Shown: positions 37,055 to 46,113 of the stretch, one piece after another | Position numbering within the stretch: position 1 is the stretch's first letter | How the letters are laid out: each line of letters opens with the position of its first letter | Assembly: GCA_963767115.1 (NCBI GenBank) | Contig: CAVYCR010000003.1 | Coordinates: 27,559 to 91,558 of the forward strand | DNA from: Candidatus Kaiserbacteria bacterium | Lineage (GTDB): Bacteria > Patescibacteriota > Minisyncoccia > Phycocordibacterales > UBA2100 | Direction: 5' to 3' | Length of the DNA: 64,000 bases | Program-made: the position numbers and the translations under genes | Notes under the pieces: generated by a model | Told to the model about the DNA's origin: nothing | Database searches by the model: none | Seen by the model: only the letters and a program-made list of their open reading frames with translations

Positions 37055-38308
37055 CTATTCGTTATCGAGTACCTTCACCGCTGTATCCATCTGCGGATCG
37101 TCCCCCTTGGGAGGTGTTGTGGTCGGCGTCGCCGAGAAAATATCAGGTACGAGTCCCGTGTGCGGGATCTGCAAGCCATCAGGACCAAGCCAGCGCGCGA
37201 CAGTCACCTTGAGCGAAGTCGTGTCGGTGATCGGGAAGAGCTCCTGCACGACGCCTTTGCCATAGGTATTGGTACCCACCATCTTGGCGACACCGTAATG
37301 GCGCAAGGCGTCCGAGAATATTTCTGAGGCTGATGCAGAGCCGGCGTCGACGAGGATGACCATCTTGAGATTGTTGTTGAAAATATCGTAGCCTAGAGAT
37401 CGATGGACAATATTTTGTTGATGGCCGTCATAATCTTCGGTCACGATGATGTCGCCGGTCGGTAGAAACCAGCTTGCCATATCGACGGCAGCATCGAGGA
37501 ACCCCCCAGGATTTCCGCGTAGATCGAGTACCAGCTTGTTGTCCCCGCTCTGCACGAACTTCTGGAGTGCGGTACGGAAGAGGTCCGGTGCGTTTGAAGT
37601 AAATTGTTCAACAGTAATCACGAAAATACCACCGGGCTCTGTCGAGGTAGTGACGATGGGGACGTTGATCACCGCGCGTGTGATCTTGAAGACTTTGGGT
37701 GCTGTCCAACCCTGGCGCAGCACGGTCACTGAGACCTGTGTGCCGGCGGGCCCGCGGATCTCGTCGACTGCAGTATCTACGTCAACACCCGCAGTAGAGC
37801 TCCCATTGATATCAATGATTTGGTCCCCTGCCTTGATACCAGCCTCAGCAGACGGCGTGCCAGTGAGCGGTGAGATGACGGTGAGCACATCGTTTTTGAT
37901 ATCGATCTCCATCCCGACACCTGTGAAGTTGCCGCTCAGGTCACTGTTGAAATCGGTGTTTTCTTGCGGTGGTAGGAAAAAGGTGTACGGATCGTTGAGC
38001 GAATCCGCCATGCCGCCGATCATTCCCCAGACCTCCTGCTGGTCGATACCTGCGGTCGTCGTGGCAAGTGGCGAAGAAGATGCGACGGCATCGGGGACGA
38101 AGTTCTCATTGAGCGTGTTCCATGCCTTCCATACGGGAGAAAAGTCGACATTGGAGGGTTCTTGTGAATCATCGGAGACATTGGTGCCTGTATCGGCGGC
38201 ATGCGCTGATATAAGGAAGCCGCCACCGAAGCCCAAGACCAAGATGGCCAGACCAGCAAGTATCGCAGATCGGACTGTTAAATACCGCTTGCCTTCATGT
38301 TCGTACAT
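37055..38308 (-). CDS. ctpA: S41 carboxyl-terminal processing protease with a PDZ domain
   Basis: 417 aa. PDZ (GVGMEI...GIKAGDQIIDING) and S41 motifs (LVLDLRGNPGG, GSASASEI). Confidence 0.88.
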   Translation of the reverse strand: MYEHEGKRYLTVRSAILAGLAILVLGFGGGFLISAHAADTGTNVSDDSQEPSNVDFSPVWKAWNTLNENFVPDAVASSSPLATTTAGIDQQEVWGMIGGMADSLNDPYTFFLPPQENTDFNSDLSGNFTGVGMEIDIKNDVLTVISPLTGTPSAEAGIKAGDQIIDINGSSTAGVDVDTAVDEIRGPAGTQVSVTVLRQGWTAPKVFKITRAVINVPIVTTSTEPGGIFVITVEQFTSNAPDLFRTALQKFVQSGDNKLVLDLRGNPGGFLDAAVDMASWFLPTGDIIVTEDYDGHQQNIVHRSLGYDIFNNNLKMVILVDAGSASASEIFSDALRHYGVAKMVGTNTYGKGVVQELFPITDTTSLKVTVARWLGPDGLQIPHTGLVPDIFSATPTTTPPKGDDPQMDTAVKVLDNE

Positions 38309-38372
38309 CGGGACAGTATCTCATAAGGGGCGCAAAGCCTCAAATCCTAAAATAATGGTATATAATGAAGAG

Positions 38373-39296
38373 ATGTATTCGCGTCATGAGCAAGGCGACA
38401 TCGTATGGATCGACCTCGAGTCCCCCACGCCTGACGAAGTGCGGCGCGTGATCGAGGAGTTTGAGATACTACCACTGGTAGCTGAAGAACTTCTGCTTCC
38501 TTCTACCAAACCACGCTCAGAATTCTATAAAAACTACGCATACCTTGTACTCCACTTCCCTGCTCTACGACATAGCCATAAGACGCGCGAGCAAGAGATC
38601 GATTTCGTGATCGGCAAAAATTTCCTGATCACTGCGCACTATGACGTGATCGACCCGTTGCATAGTTTCTCCAAGATTTTCGAGGTACGTTCGATACTCG
38701 ATAAGAGTGACGAAAAGAATGAAATGGGTGACCACGCAGGGTTCCTTTTCTTCTACATGCTCAAAAAGCTCTACAAGGCGGTCGAGCATGAGGTCGAGTA
38801 CGTGCGTCACGATCTCGCTCTCATCGAGGAGCATATTTTCTCGGACCAGCAGTATCAGATGGTCGAAGCGATCTCGCGGACGGCGCGTGACCTCTTAAAC
38901 ATTCGCCAAGCGATCGAACCACACCGCGAGATCCTGCATACGCTCGAGACAGACGGCACGAGGATATTCGGCGCCGATTTTGATACGTATTTGCGCGCTC
39001 TTTCCAACGAGTATTATCGCGTGCATAACCACGTCATGCGTGAGACTGAGTCGCTTCACGAACTGCGCGAGACCAACAATTCCCTGCTCACGACGCGCCA
39101 AAACGAAACCATGAAAGTACTTACTGTAATGGCCTTCGTCACCCTGCCGCTCTCGCTTATCGTGCAGGTCTTGGGGATCAACGCGAGCGGGACGCCTCTC
39201 ATCGGGACGCGCTACGACTTCTGGATCATTTGCGCTCTCATGGCTGCGATCGCGGCGACAATGCTCTGGTATTTCAAATATAAACACTGGCTCTAA
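38373..39296 (+). CDS. corA: CorA/ZntB-family divalent cation transporter with a GIN variant of the GMN motif
   Basis: C-terminal two TM helices with VLGINASG where CorA has YGMNF. The 5' part of track ORF 37446..39296 is antisense to ctpA and was discarded. Confidence 0.8.
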   Translation: MYSRHEQGDIVWIDLESPTPDEVRRVIEEFEILPLVAEELLLPSTKPRSEFYKNYAYLVLHFPALRHSHKTREQEIDFVIGKNFLITAHYDVIDPLHSFSKIFEVRSILDKSDEKNEMGDHAGFLFFYMLKKLYKAVEHEVEYVRHDLALIEEHIFSDQQYQMVEAISRTARDLLNIRQAIEPHREILHTLETDGTRIFGADFDTYLRALSNEYYRVHNHVMRETESLHELRETNNSLLTTRQNETMKVLTVMAFVTLPLSLIVQVLGINASGTPLIGTRYDFWIICALMAAIAATMLWYFKYKHWL

Positions 39297-39298
39297 GT

Positions 39299-40789
39299 AT
39301 GATCATCGACAAACTTCTCAAGCGCGAAAACAGCGTCTCTCATTCGCCGTCGACTCCCCTGTATCTACACAATACGCTCGGGAATGAACTGCAACTCTTC
39401 AGCTTGCCGTCGCGCAACAAAGAAGTGAAAATGTACAACTGTGGGCCGACAGTCTATGGGGTCCAGCATATCGGCAACCTTTCGATGTTTGTCTTTACTG
39501 ATGTTTTGCGCCGTACGCTCGAGTACAACGGATTCAAGGTCAAGCAGGTCATTAATTTCACGGATTTTGGGCATCTCGTCGACGACGGTGACGAAGGAGA
39601 GGATAAAATGCTCAAAGGTCTTAGGCGCGAAAGGATGGCTCCTACCATGGACAACATGGCCAAGCTCGCCGAGAAGTATGCACGTGTCTTCATTGAGGAC
39701 CTGCAGAAGCTTCATATCGATACCGACGCGATAGAGTTCCCACGGGCAAGCCACTTCGTAGCAGCACAGATCGCGATGATCCAGACGCTCGTCGAAAAAG
39801 GCTACGCGTACCAGACCAAGCACGGTGTGTATTACGATACGTCGCGCTTCGCTGAGTATGGCAAGCTCGGCAACATCAACCTCGCGGGCCAAAAAGAAGG
39901 CGCACGAGTCGCAGCCGATCCCGAAAAGAAAAGCCCGCATGATTTCATCTTGTGGAAATCAGACCCGAAGCTCGGCTGGGAGTCGCCGTGGGGCATGGGA
40001 TTCCCCGGCTGGCATATCGAGTGCTCGGCGATGATCCGCAGCATCCTCGGCGAGCAGATAGACATTCACACCGGCGGCATCGAGCACATACCGATACATC
40101 ACAACAACGAGATCGCGCAGTCGGAAGCCTCGACCGGCAAGAAGCCCTTCTCGCGCTTCTGGATGCATCGCGCGCATATCCAGATCACGGGAGAGAAGAT
40201 CGCCAAGTCGACTGGCAATGTGGTCTATCTCTCTGACGTCGTTACGCAAGGGTATCATCCGCTTGCGCTGCGCTATCTTTTCTTGGGCGCTCACTATCGT
40301 ACCAACGCCAATTTCTCATGGGATGCACTCGCTGCATCGCAAACGGCACTCGCAAAGATATTCGCCATTGCCGTTCATTACGAAGATCTTGAGCCTGGCC
40401 CAGTACCAGAGAAGTGGCGCGCGAAGTTTATCGAGCGTATCAACGACGACCTCGATACCCCGGGCGCGCTCGCGCTCACCTGGGAGATGATCAAGGACAA
40501 ATCGCTTACGAGCGAAGAGTTGCTCGCGGGGCTTCTAGAGTTCGACAAAGTGTTTGGCTTCAACCTGGCGCATCCTGACGACTCCGCGCGCGCCCTAGCA
40601 CTCTCCGAGATCAAAGAAGAGATTGACCCGGACGATCTCACGATCGAAGTACGTACACTTGTCGAGGAGCGCGAAGAAGCGCGGCGCAACAGGTCATGGG
40701 ATCGCGCCGATGAGCTGCGGCAAAAGATCGACGAAGCAGGTTATACAGTTGAGGATTCCAAGGATTCTTTGCGCATCTTCAAGAAGTGA
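39299..40789 (+). CDS. cysS: cysteine--tRNA ligase
   Basis: MYNCGPTVYGVQHIGN (HIGH region) and KIAKSTGN (KMSKS variant). Confidence 0.92.
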   Translation: MIIDKLLKRENSVSHSPSTPLYLHNTLGNELQLFSLPSRNKEVKMYNCGPTVYGVQHIGNLSMFVFTDVLRRTLEYNGFKVKQVINFTDFGHLVDDGDEGEDKMLKGLRRERMAPTMDNMAKLAEKYARVFIEDLQKLHIDTDAIEFPRASHFVAAQIAMIQTLVEKGYAYQTKHGVYYDTSRFAEYGKLGNINLAGQKEGARVAADPEKKSPHDFILWKSDPKLGWESPWGMGFPGWHIECSAMIRSILGEQIDIHTGGIEHIPIHHNNEIAQSEASTGKKPFSRFWMHRAHIQITGEKIAKSTGNVVYLSDVVTQGYHPLALRYLFLGAHYRTNANFSWDALAASQTALAKIFAIAVHYEDLEPGPVPEKWRAKFIERINDDLDTPGALALTWEMIKDKSLTSEELLAGLLEFDKVFGFNLAHPDDSARALALSEIKEEIDPDDLTIEVRTLVEEREEARRNRSWDRADELRQKIDEAGYTVEDSKDSLRIFKK

Positions 40790-41895
40790 GTGTTGATCGG
40801 AATCTCAAGAAATATCGCCGCCCAGAGCATACCTTGCTCTGCACGATAGAAAGGCGTCTTGTACCAGGTGCCGTCTGTATCAAGCATTTCGGGAAAATTA
40901 TGATGCTTCTCAAGGAGAGTGGCGAATTTCGCATACTCGTCTGCAAACTCGGCACGGCTTGCGCTGTGAAGTACCTGTAGATATATCGCACCGAGCCACG
41001 TCCAGAGCGTCGTCCCTTGATAATTAGGCATAAAATAGCGGCCCCATGCATAGTAGCGGAATGACTCCGGAGAATCGGTGTAGCGGATCGGATACGGGTC
41101 AGTGAGGCCTTTGTGCTTGATCGTAGCAACGACACTTTCGAGCTTGCCACTGTCCTCAATGATGCCGAGCCAAAAAGGAAAAAGGTTGGCCTCAGAGCTC
41201 CACGCGTGCTCGCCGATATCAGCATCAAAATACTCGCCGTTCCAATAATCGCGCACGAGTATCTCGGCATAGTCGTGCTTGAGCCACGGATGTACTGGTA
41301 TGTCGAGTAGTTCAAGTTCTTTGCGCAAGAAGGCAAGCATCGTCACGACATACGCGCTGCGCCGGTAATGAACGGCGTCACGCAGCTCCGCTATGCGTTT
41401 GTTTTCATACAAGAGTCCAGTCTCCGGGTCGATAAAAGTATCACAGAAACGGCGCATGTCGTGCTCGAGAAATATCCGCTCCGTGCCCGAGAGAGGATAT
41501 TCAGACACACGTACCGCATGCAAAAACCATGGCAATGCATCGATCGAAGGCAGCGGCTGGTCAAAGGCATTGCCCATGGGTGAAAGACACAAGGCCACGT
41601 ATCCTTCGGAGCGATAGTGGCCGAGCGCCCAGCTGACTGTCGCCTGCACACGGTCGCGCTCGCCGAGCGCTACAAGCGAGCCTGCAACGGTGCCGAAATC
41701 GCGCATCCAAAAGAAGTTGTAATGGCCGAGTCCGATCTGATAGAAGGTGCCGTTCCACGCATGCGCGACGATCGTGGCACAGATGTCGCGCGCACCACCT
41801 CCAAATACGTCATCCTTCCTGAAGAGCCGGCGCATGAAGGCAAACTCCGAGGTGCGGAGCCTGTCGAACTCTGCTATAAGTTTGCGCGTGCGCAT
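40741..41895 (-). CDS. (alpha/alpha)6-barrel glycoside-hydrolase-like protein (glycogen-debranching/GH63-like)
   Basis: 384 aa. FFWMRDFGTVAGSL... resembles the GDE_C/trehalase-type WxRD motif. The 3' end overlaps cysS by 49 nt (convergent). Confidence 0.5.
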   Translation of the reverse strand: MRTRKLIAEFDRLRTSEFAFMRRLFRKDDVFGGGARDICATIVAHAWNGTFYQIGLGHYNFFWMRDFGTVAGSLVALGERDRVQATVSWALGHYRSEGYVALCLSPMGNAFDQPLPSIDALPWFLHAVRVSEYPLSGTERIFLEHDMRRFCDTFIDPETGLLYENKRIAELRDAVHYRRSAYVVTMLAFLRKELELLDIPVHPWLKHDYAEILVRDYWNGEYFDADIGEHAWSSEANLFPFWLGIIEDSGKLESVVATIKHKGLTDPYPIRYTDSPESFRYYAWGRYFMPNYQGTTLWTWLGAIYLQVLHSASRAEFADEYAKFATLLEKHHNFPEMLDTDGTWYKTPFYRAEQGMLWAAIFLEIPINTHFLKMRKESLESSTV

Positions 41896-41900
41896 TCACT

Positions 41901-44780
41901 TCACGCTCCGGTGATGACGAAATTCACCAAGCGATTAGGGACAATGATAACACGCGCAACACTCTTCCCCTCCAAGCGCGCAGCGACATTTTCTCGCGCA
42001 GCTGCTTCCACGATAGCTTTATCCGCGTCGGTCTCGATCTCGATCTCGCCGCGCACCTTGCCGTTGATCTGCACTACGACAGTCGATGTCTTGCCTTTCA
42101 TCTTCGAGATGTCCGCCGTAGGCCACGCCACAGAGCCAATGTACTCTTTCTTGCCCGCTGCTTCCCAGAGTTCTGCTGAGAGATGCGGGGCAAAAGGCGC
42201 AAGAAGCTGAAGAAACGTCTTGTACGCGGCAGGCGGTATCGAAGGAAGCGTCTCAAACTCATTGAGAAGGATCATCAGGGCAGAAACCGCGGTGTTCATC
42301 TTCAAGGCCTCAATATCATCGCCGACTTTTTGTATCGTTTGGTTGAGGAGCATCTCGGACTTTTCGGGAAGCGGCACGGAGGCATCCGTCTTCAAATCGT
42401 TCACGCGCTCGAGGAAGCGCCGGATGCCGATGATATTCGTCGTGCTCCACGGCTTCATGCTCTCGAGCGGGCCCATAAACATCTCGTACATGCGCACCGC
42501 GTCAGCGCCGTAGAGCGCCGAGCATTCGTCGGGATTCACGACATTACCTTTCGATTTTGACATTTTGGAACCGTCTTCGGCGAGAATCGTACCTTGGTGG
42601 CGAAGCTTGAGGAACGGCTCGCCAAAAGCTACGTAGCCGAGCTTCTGCAACACTTTGGTGAAGAAGCGCGCATACATGAGATGCAGCACCGTGTGCTCCG
42701 CACCACCCATATAGAGATCGACAGGCAGCCACTTGTCGAGCGCTTCGCGCGAAGCAAACTCCGTATCGTTGTGCGGGTCGGCAAAACGGAAGTAGTACCA
42801 GCTTGAACACACGAAGGTATCCATCGTGTCGACCTCGGGCGTCCAGCCTTTGCCGAAAATAGTTTCAGTACGATCTTTGAGTTCCTTCGACTGGCCCAAA
42901 GGCGAAACTCCCGTGGGCTTGAATTCTACATCGGTAGGCAAAAGCCACGGTAAATGTTCTTCGGGAATCGGATGTGCAGCACCTTGCGGATCGTAGACGA
43001 TCGGAATCGGCGCGCCCCAATAGCGCTGGCGCGAAATGAGCCAGTCGCGGAGTTTATATGTCGTCTTACGTCGACCGAATTTGTCGGTGATCAGCTTCTT
43101 TGCTTCAGGTGTCTCGAGGCGATTGAACTCTCCCGAGCCGGTAAGAGTGCCATTGCCCGTAAATAAAACATCCTCGCCATTGAGAGAGCGCAAAGCGTGC
43201 TGATGCGTGTCAGGAGTCAGGAACTTTGCTAACTCAGCTTTGGAAAGCCATAAAACATCATGGATCGCGTTTTCAGTGTCTGCAACGTCTTCTCGCGCAT
43301 CGTCCTCGAGCTCGAGATAAATAACGTGCGCATGCGCGTTGCGATTCGTCTTTTTTGGGACATGGTAAAATTTCCCGTGGACTACGCCAAAATCTTTGAC
43401 GTATTTGGCGTGTATGAATCCCGTCTCTTCACGAATTTCCATCTTGGCAGCTTCTTCCGGTGTCTGGCCCGTTTCGATACCACCCGTGATGAACGTACCC
43501 CATGCCACTTGTTTCCATTTGAGCGCGATATATTTTTCTTCAGACCAATGCTTCACGATCGCAATGATCGCTTCACGATGGTCAAACGGCTCGCCTTCTC
43601 TGATCTTGCCGGGTTCGGTCGTTTGCTCGTATGTCGGCTCGAGGACTTCCCTGATCGGCAGATCAAATTTCTTGGCAAACTGATAGTCGCGCTCGTCGTG
43701 CGCGGGCACCGCCATGATGGCACCGGTGCCGTAGCTACCGAGAACATAATCGGCAATATACATCGGGATCTTTTCACCGGTCGCGGGATTGACGGCAACG
43801 ACCCCTTTCAATTCAACACCCGTCTTATCCTTCGCGTCCGCCTGTCGATCAAGATCGGTTTTATTCTTGGTTGCTTCGACATATGCAGCGATCTCGTCGT
43901 TGTTTTGAAAGACCGTCCCGTGTCCGAGGGTAAAATCCACCCATGCGTGCTCCGGCGCAAGCACGAGATACGTCGCGCCGTAGAGCGTGTCGGGGCGCGT
44001 AGTGAAGACCGTGATGCGCGGCTTCGTGCCGTCGGTATCAACGCGATCGTTGAGCAGAGCATCGCCGAAATCGAGGTGGAAATCGATCTCCGCGCCCTCG
44101 CTTCTGCCAATCCAGTTGCGCTGGTTGGTCTTGGTCGACTCGGGCCAGTCAACGTGATCGAGATCATCGACGAGCGCGTCGGCAAAATCCGTGATCTTGA
44201 AGAACCATTGCTCGAGATCCTTCTGTATCACTTTGGCGCCGGAGCGCTCCGCGGTACCGTCGGGCAACACCTGCTCGTTGGCGAGCACCGTCTGATCGAC
44301 CGGGTCCCAGTTGACCTTGGCCTTCTTTTTATATGCGAGGCCGTTCTTGTAGAGCGTGAGGAAAAACCACTGCGTCCATCGGTAATACTCCGGCGTGTGC
44401 GTGCCGATCTCGCGCGGCCAGTCATACGAGAGCCCGAGGCCTTTCATTTGCGATTTGAATGTCTCGATCGCTTTAGCAGTCGTCTCTATCGGCGGCACGC
44501 CTGTCTTCACAGCGTAATTCTCTGCAGGCAGGCCGAAGGCATCCCACCCCATCGGGTGCAGGACGTTGAAGCCCTTCGCACGCTTGAAGCGACTGACGAT
44601 GTCGGTTGCCGTATACCCTTCTACGTGACCTACATGCAAGCCCGCGCCGGAGGGATACGGGAACATGTCGAGGATATAGCTCTTTGGAGATGCGGAATCG
44701 TCGGATACGGCGAAAGTCTTTTCTTCTTCCCATCGCTTCTGCCACTTCTTCTCGATCTTCTTATGATCGTAATTCTTCAT
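41901..44780 (-). CDS. leuS: leucine--tRNA ligase carrying an internal Nudix-domain insertion
   Basis: 959 aa with HVGH (HIGH), CP1 editing domain and KMSKS. A Nudix box GGIETGQTPEEAAKMEIREETGF sits at aa 433-455. Confidence 0.95.
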   Translation of the reverse strand: MKNYDHKKIEKKWQKRWEEEKTFAVSDDSASPKSYILDMFPYPSGAGLHVGHVEGYTATDIVSRFKRAKGFNVLHPMGWDAFGLPAENYAVKTGVPPIETTAKAIETFKSQMKGLGLSYDWPREIGTHTPEYYRWTQWFFLTLYKNGLAYKKKAKVNWDPVDQTVLANEQVLPDGTAERSGAKVIQKDLEQWFFKITDFADALVDDLDHVDWPESTKTNQRNWIGRSEGAEIDFHLDFGDALLNDRVDTDGTKPRITVFTTRPDTLYGATYLVLAPEHAWVDFTLGHGTVFQNNDEIAAYVEATKNKTDLDRQADAKDKTGVELKGVVAVNPATGEKIPMYIADYVLGSYGTGAIMAVPAHDERDYQFAKKFDLPIREVLEPTYEQTTEPGKIREGEPFDHREAIIAIVKHWSEEKYIALKWKQVAWGTFITGGIETGQTPEEAAKMEIREETGFIHAKYVKDFGVVHGKFYHVPKKTNRNAHAHVIYLELEDDAREDVADTENAIHDVLWLSKAELAKFLTPDTHQHALRSLNGEDVLFTGNGTLTGSGEFNRLETPEAKKLITDKFGRRKTTYKLRDWLISRQRYWGAPIPIVYDPQGAAHPIPEEHLPWLLPTDVEFKPTGVSPLGQSKELKDRTETIFGKGWTPEVDTMDTFVCSSWYYFRFADPHNDTEFASREALDKWLPVDLYMGGAEHTVLHLMYARFFTKVLQKLGYVAFGEPFLKLRHQGTILAEDGSKMSKSKGNVVNPDECSALYGADAVRMYEMFMGPLESMKPWSTTNIIGIRRFLERVNDLKTDASVPLPEKSEMLLNQTIQKVGDDIEALKMNTAVSALMILLNEFETLPSIPPAAYKTFLQLLAPFAPHLSAELWEAAGKKEYIGSVAWPTADISKMKGKTSTVVVQINGKVRGEIEIETDADKAIVEAAARENVAARLEGKSVARVIIVPNRLVNFVITGA

Positions 44781-44825
44781 TGTCCAAGCCTACCATGAAG
44801 AAAACCCGCTTAAAAGCGATTCGTC

Positions 44826-44844
44826 GCAGAGGTCAGACCTCTGC
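44826..44844. repeat. 19-bp perfect palindrome gcagaggtcagacctctgc
   Basis: Intergenic. The same 17-bp core recurs at 57680-57696. Confidence 0.8.
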
Positions 44845-44849
44845 ACAGA

Positions 44850-45821
44850 CTATAAGACACTTGGTTTCTCTATCGGTGTGATTGTTGTGTTGACCGGGTA
44901 ACGCTTCGGGTCGATCGTCTGGGTAAAGCACGTATGCCCTGCTCCGTGGTACCAAGTCATATCGAGGCCCCCTGACATTCCAGGATACGTAGCAGCATAT
45001 GATTGTTGAAGAGTTGGAGAACCGGATTGTGTGGCTGCGTTGAAATCAGCGCAGAGTTTGAATGAATAGGTACTAAGCACGTCATACTCATACGAAATTC
45101 CAGTCTGTTCGTCGGTCGGAACGGTAAAGTCAGTGATCGAATTATTGAGGTCCGCAAGATTGGTCGGGAGTTTCCCCTGCTGTTGCCAATACGAGACAAT
45201 CTGCGATTGGATACTTTCGAGGTCATTTACTTTTTGGTCGTCGAAACGATACAGACGCACAGCCCCCGGCGTACCAATGATGAATATGCCCGCGATGATG
45301 GTGAGGACTACGAGCACGCCACTTGCCCAGCCGATCGATTGCGCGTAGCGCGGGTTCTTGTCCCAGTACCCCCAGATGTCGGCAAGGAAGTGCAGGAATG
45401 CACCTGCGACCACGAGGAAGACGACGAGCACCTTGAGGATAAAGGGCTCCGAGAGATTGCCGTTGAGGTAGGTGTTGATGAGCGTAATAAGGTCGATCGC
45501 CATCGTGGCCCCGCCGACGAAGATCGTCAGCACGAGCGCCCAGCGCCGCACCCACAGCTGCTGCTTCTCGTGATGCATGCGCACATCGCGGCGGATGAAA
45601 TACATCAGCGTGAGAAAGATCGGAAAAAGTACGACAAGGCAGGCGATCGAGAGCCGCACGGCGGTAGAATACGGATCGTAATTGTAATTCAAGGCATCGG
45701 GAAATGCCGTGTCGATGTAATCAAAAAAGAGGGCGAGGAGCGAAAAGACGCTCACGTAGAAAGAAACCATTGCACCGGCCCAGAGGAAGAAATCCTTCGG
45801 TGTAACCCTAGTCTTTTCCAT
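44850..45821 (-). CDS. DUF5671-like polytopic membrane protein with an extracytoplasmic C-domain
   Basis: 323 aa. N-terminus ...PKDFFLWAGAMVSFYVSVFSLLALFFDYID... followed by about 5 TM helices. Confidence 0.6.
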   Translation of the reverse strand: MEKTRVTPKDFFLWAGAMVSFYVSVFSLLALFFDYIDTAFPDALNYNYDPYSTAVRLSIACLVVLFPIFLTLMYFIRRDVRMHHEKQQLWVRRWALVLTIFVGGATMAIDLITLINTYLNGNLSEPFILKVLVVFLVVAGAFLHFLADIWGYWDKNPRYAQSIGWASGVLVVLTIIAGIFIIGTPGAVRLYRFDDQKVNDLESIQSQIVSYWQQQGKLPTNLADLNNSITDFTVPTDEQTGISYEYDVLSTYSFKLCADFNAATQSGSPTLQQSYAATYPGMSGGLDMTWYHGAGHTCFTQTIDPKRYPVNTTITPIEKPSVL

Positions 45822-45822
45822 A

Positions 45823-46074
45823 TTATGCGAACCGTTTTTCTAATCTAGTAATTCTGCGTTCGTGATCAATAATCGATGTAGCATCCTTGTCCACGGCCTT
45901 AGAAATAGCACGGATTTCGAACGTCAGCCTTTCTTCTAATTCAAAAAGGTCGTCTTTCGTGGCGTATTTCGTTCGCAAATCATCTTGAATTCCTCGAAAT
46001 CTATCGTCGAGACCGATGATCGCTTCGAGTAAATGTTCATTGCTAATATTCTTATTTGATACCCCTTTTTTCAT
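45823..46074 (-). CDS. small coiled-coil hypothetical protein
   Basis: 83-aa ORF abutting the downstream membrane-protein gene (1-nt gap). Confidence 0.45.
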   Translation of the reverse strand: MKKGVSNKNISNEHLLEAIIGLDDRFRGIQDDLRTKYATKDDLFELEERLTFEIRAISKAVDKDATSIIDHERRITRLEKRFA

Positions 46075-46113
46075 ATACCATCAGTATACCAGTTACGTAC
46101 GTAGAATTTCGAA

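Noticed and set aside
37446-38372. 5' two-thirds of the 616-aa track ORF 37446..39296
   Set aside because: This part is antisense to the ctpA protease gene and low-complexity. Only the C-terminal 307 aa (from ATG 38373) look like CorA.
43260-44798. 512-aa ORF on the plus strand
   Set aside because: It is antisense to leuS, has no recognisable motifs and has Arg/Leu-rich composition typical of the shadow frame of a GC-rich gene. The same applies to 8428-9300, 13047-13745, 24661-25446, 45183-45848, 46364-47122, 52583-53239, 59346-60065 and 60062-60742.
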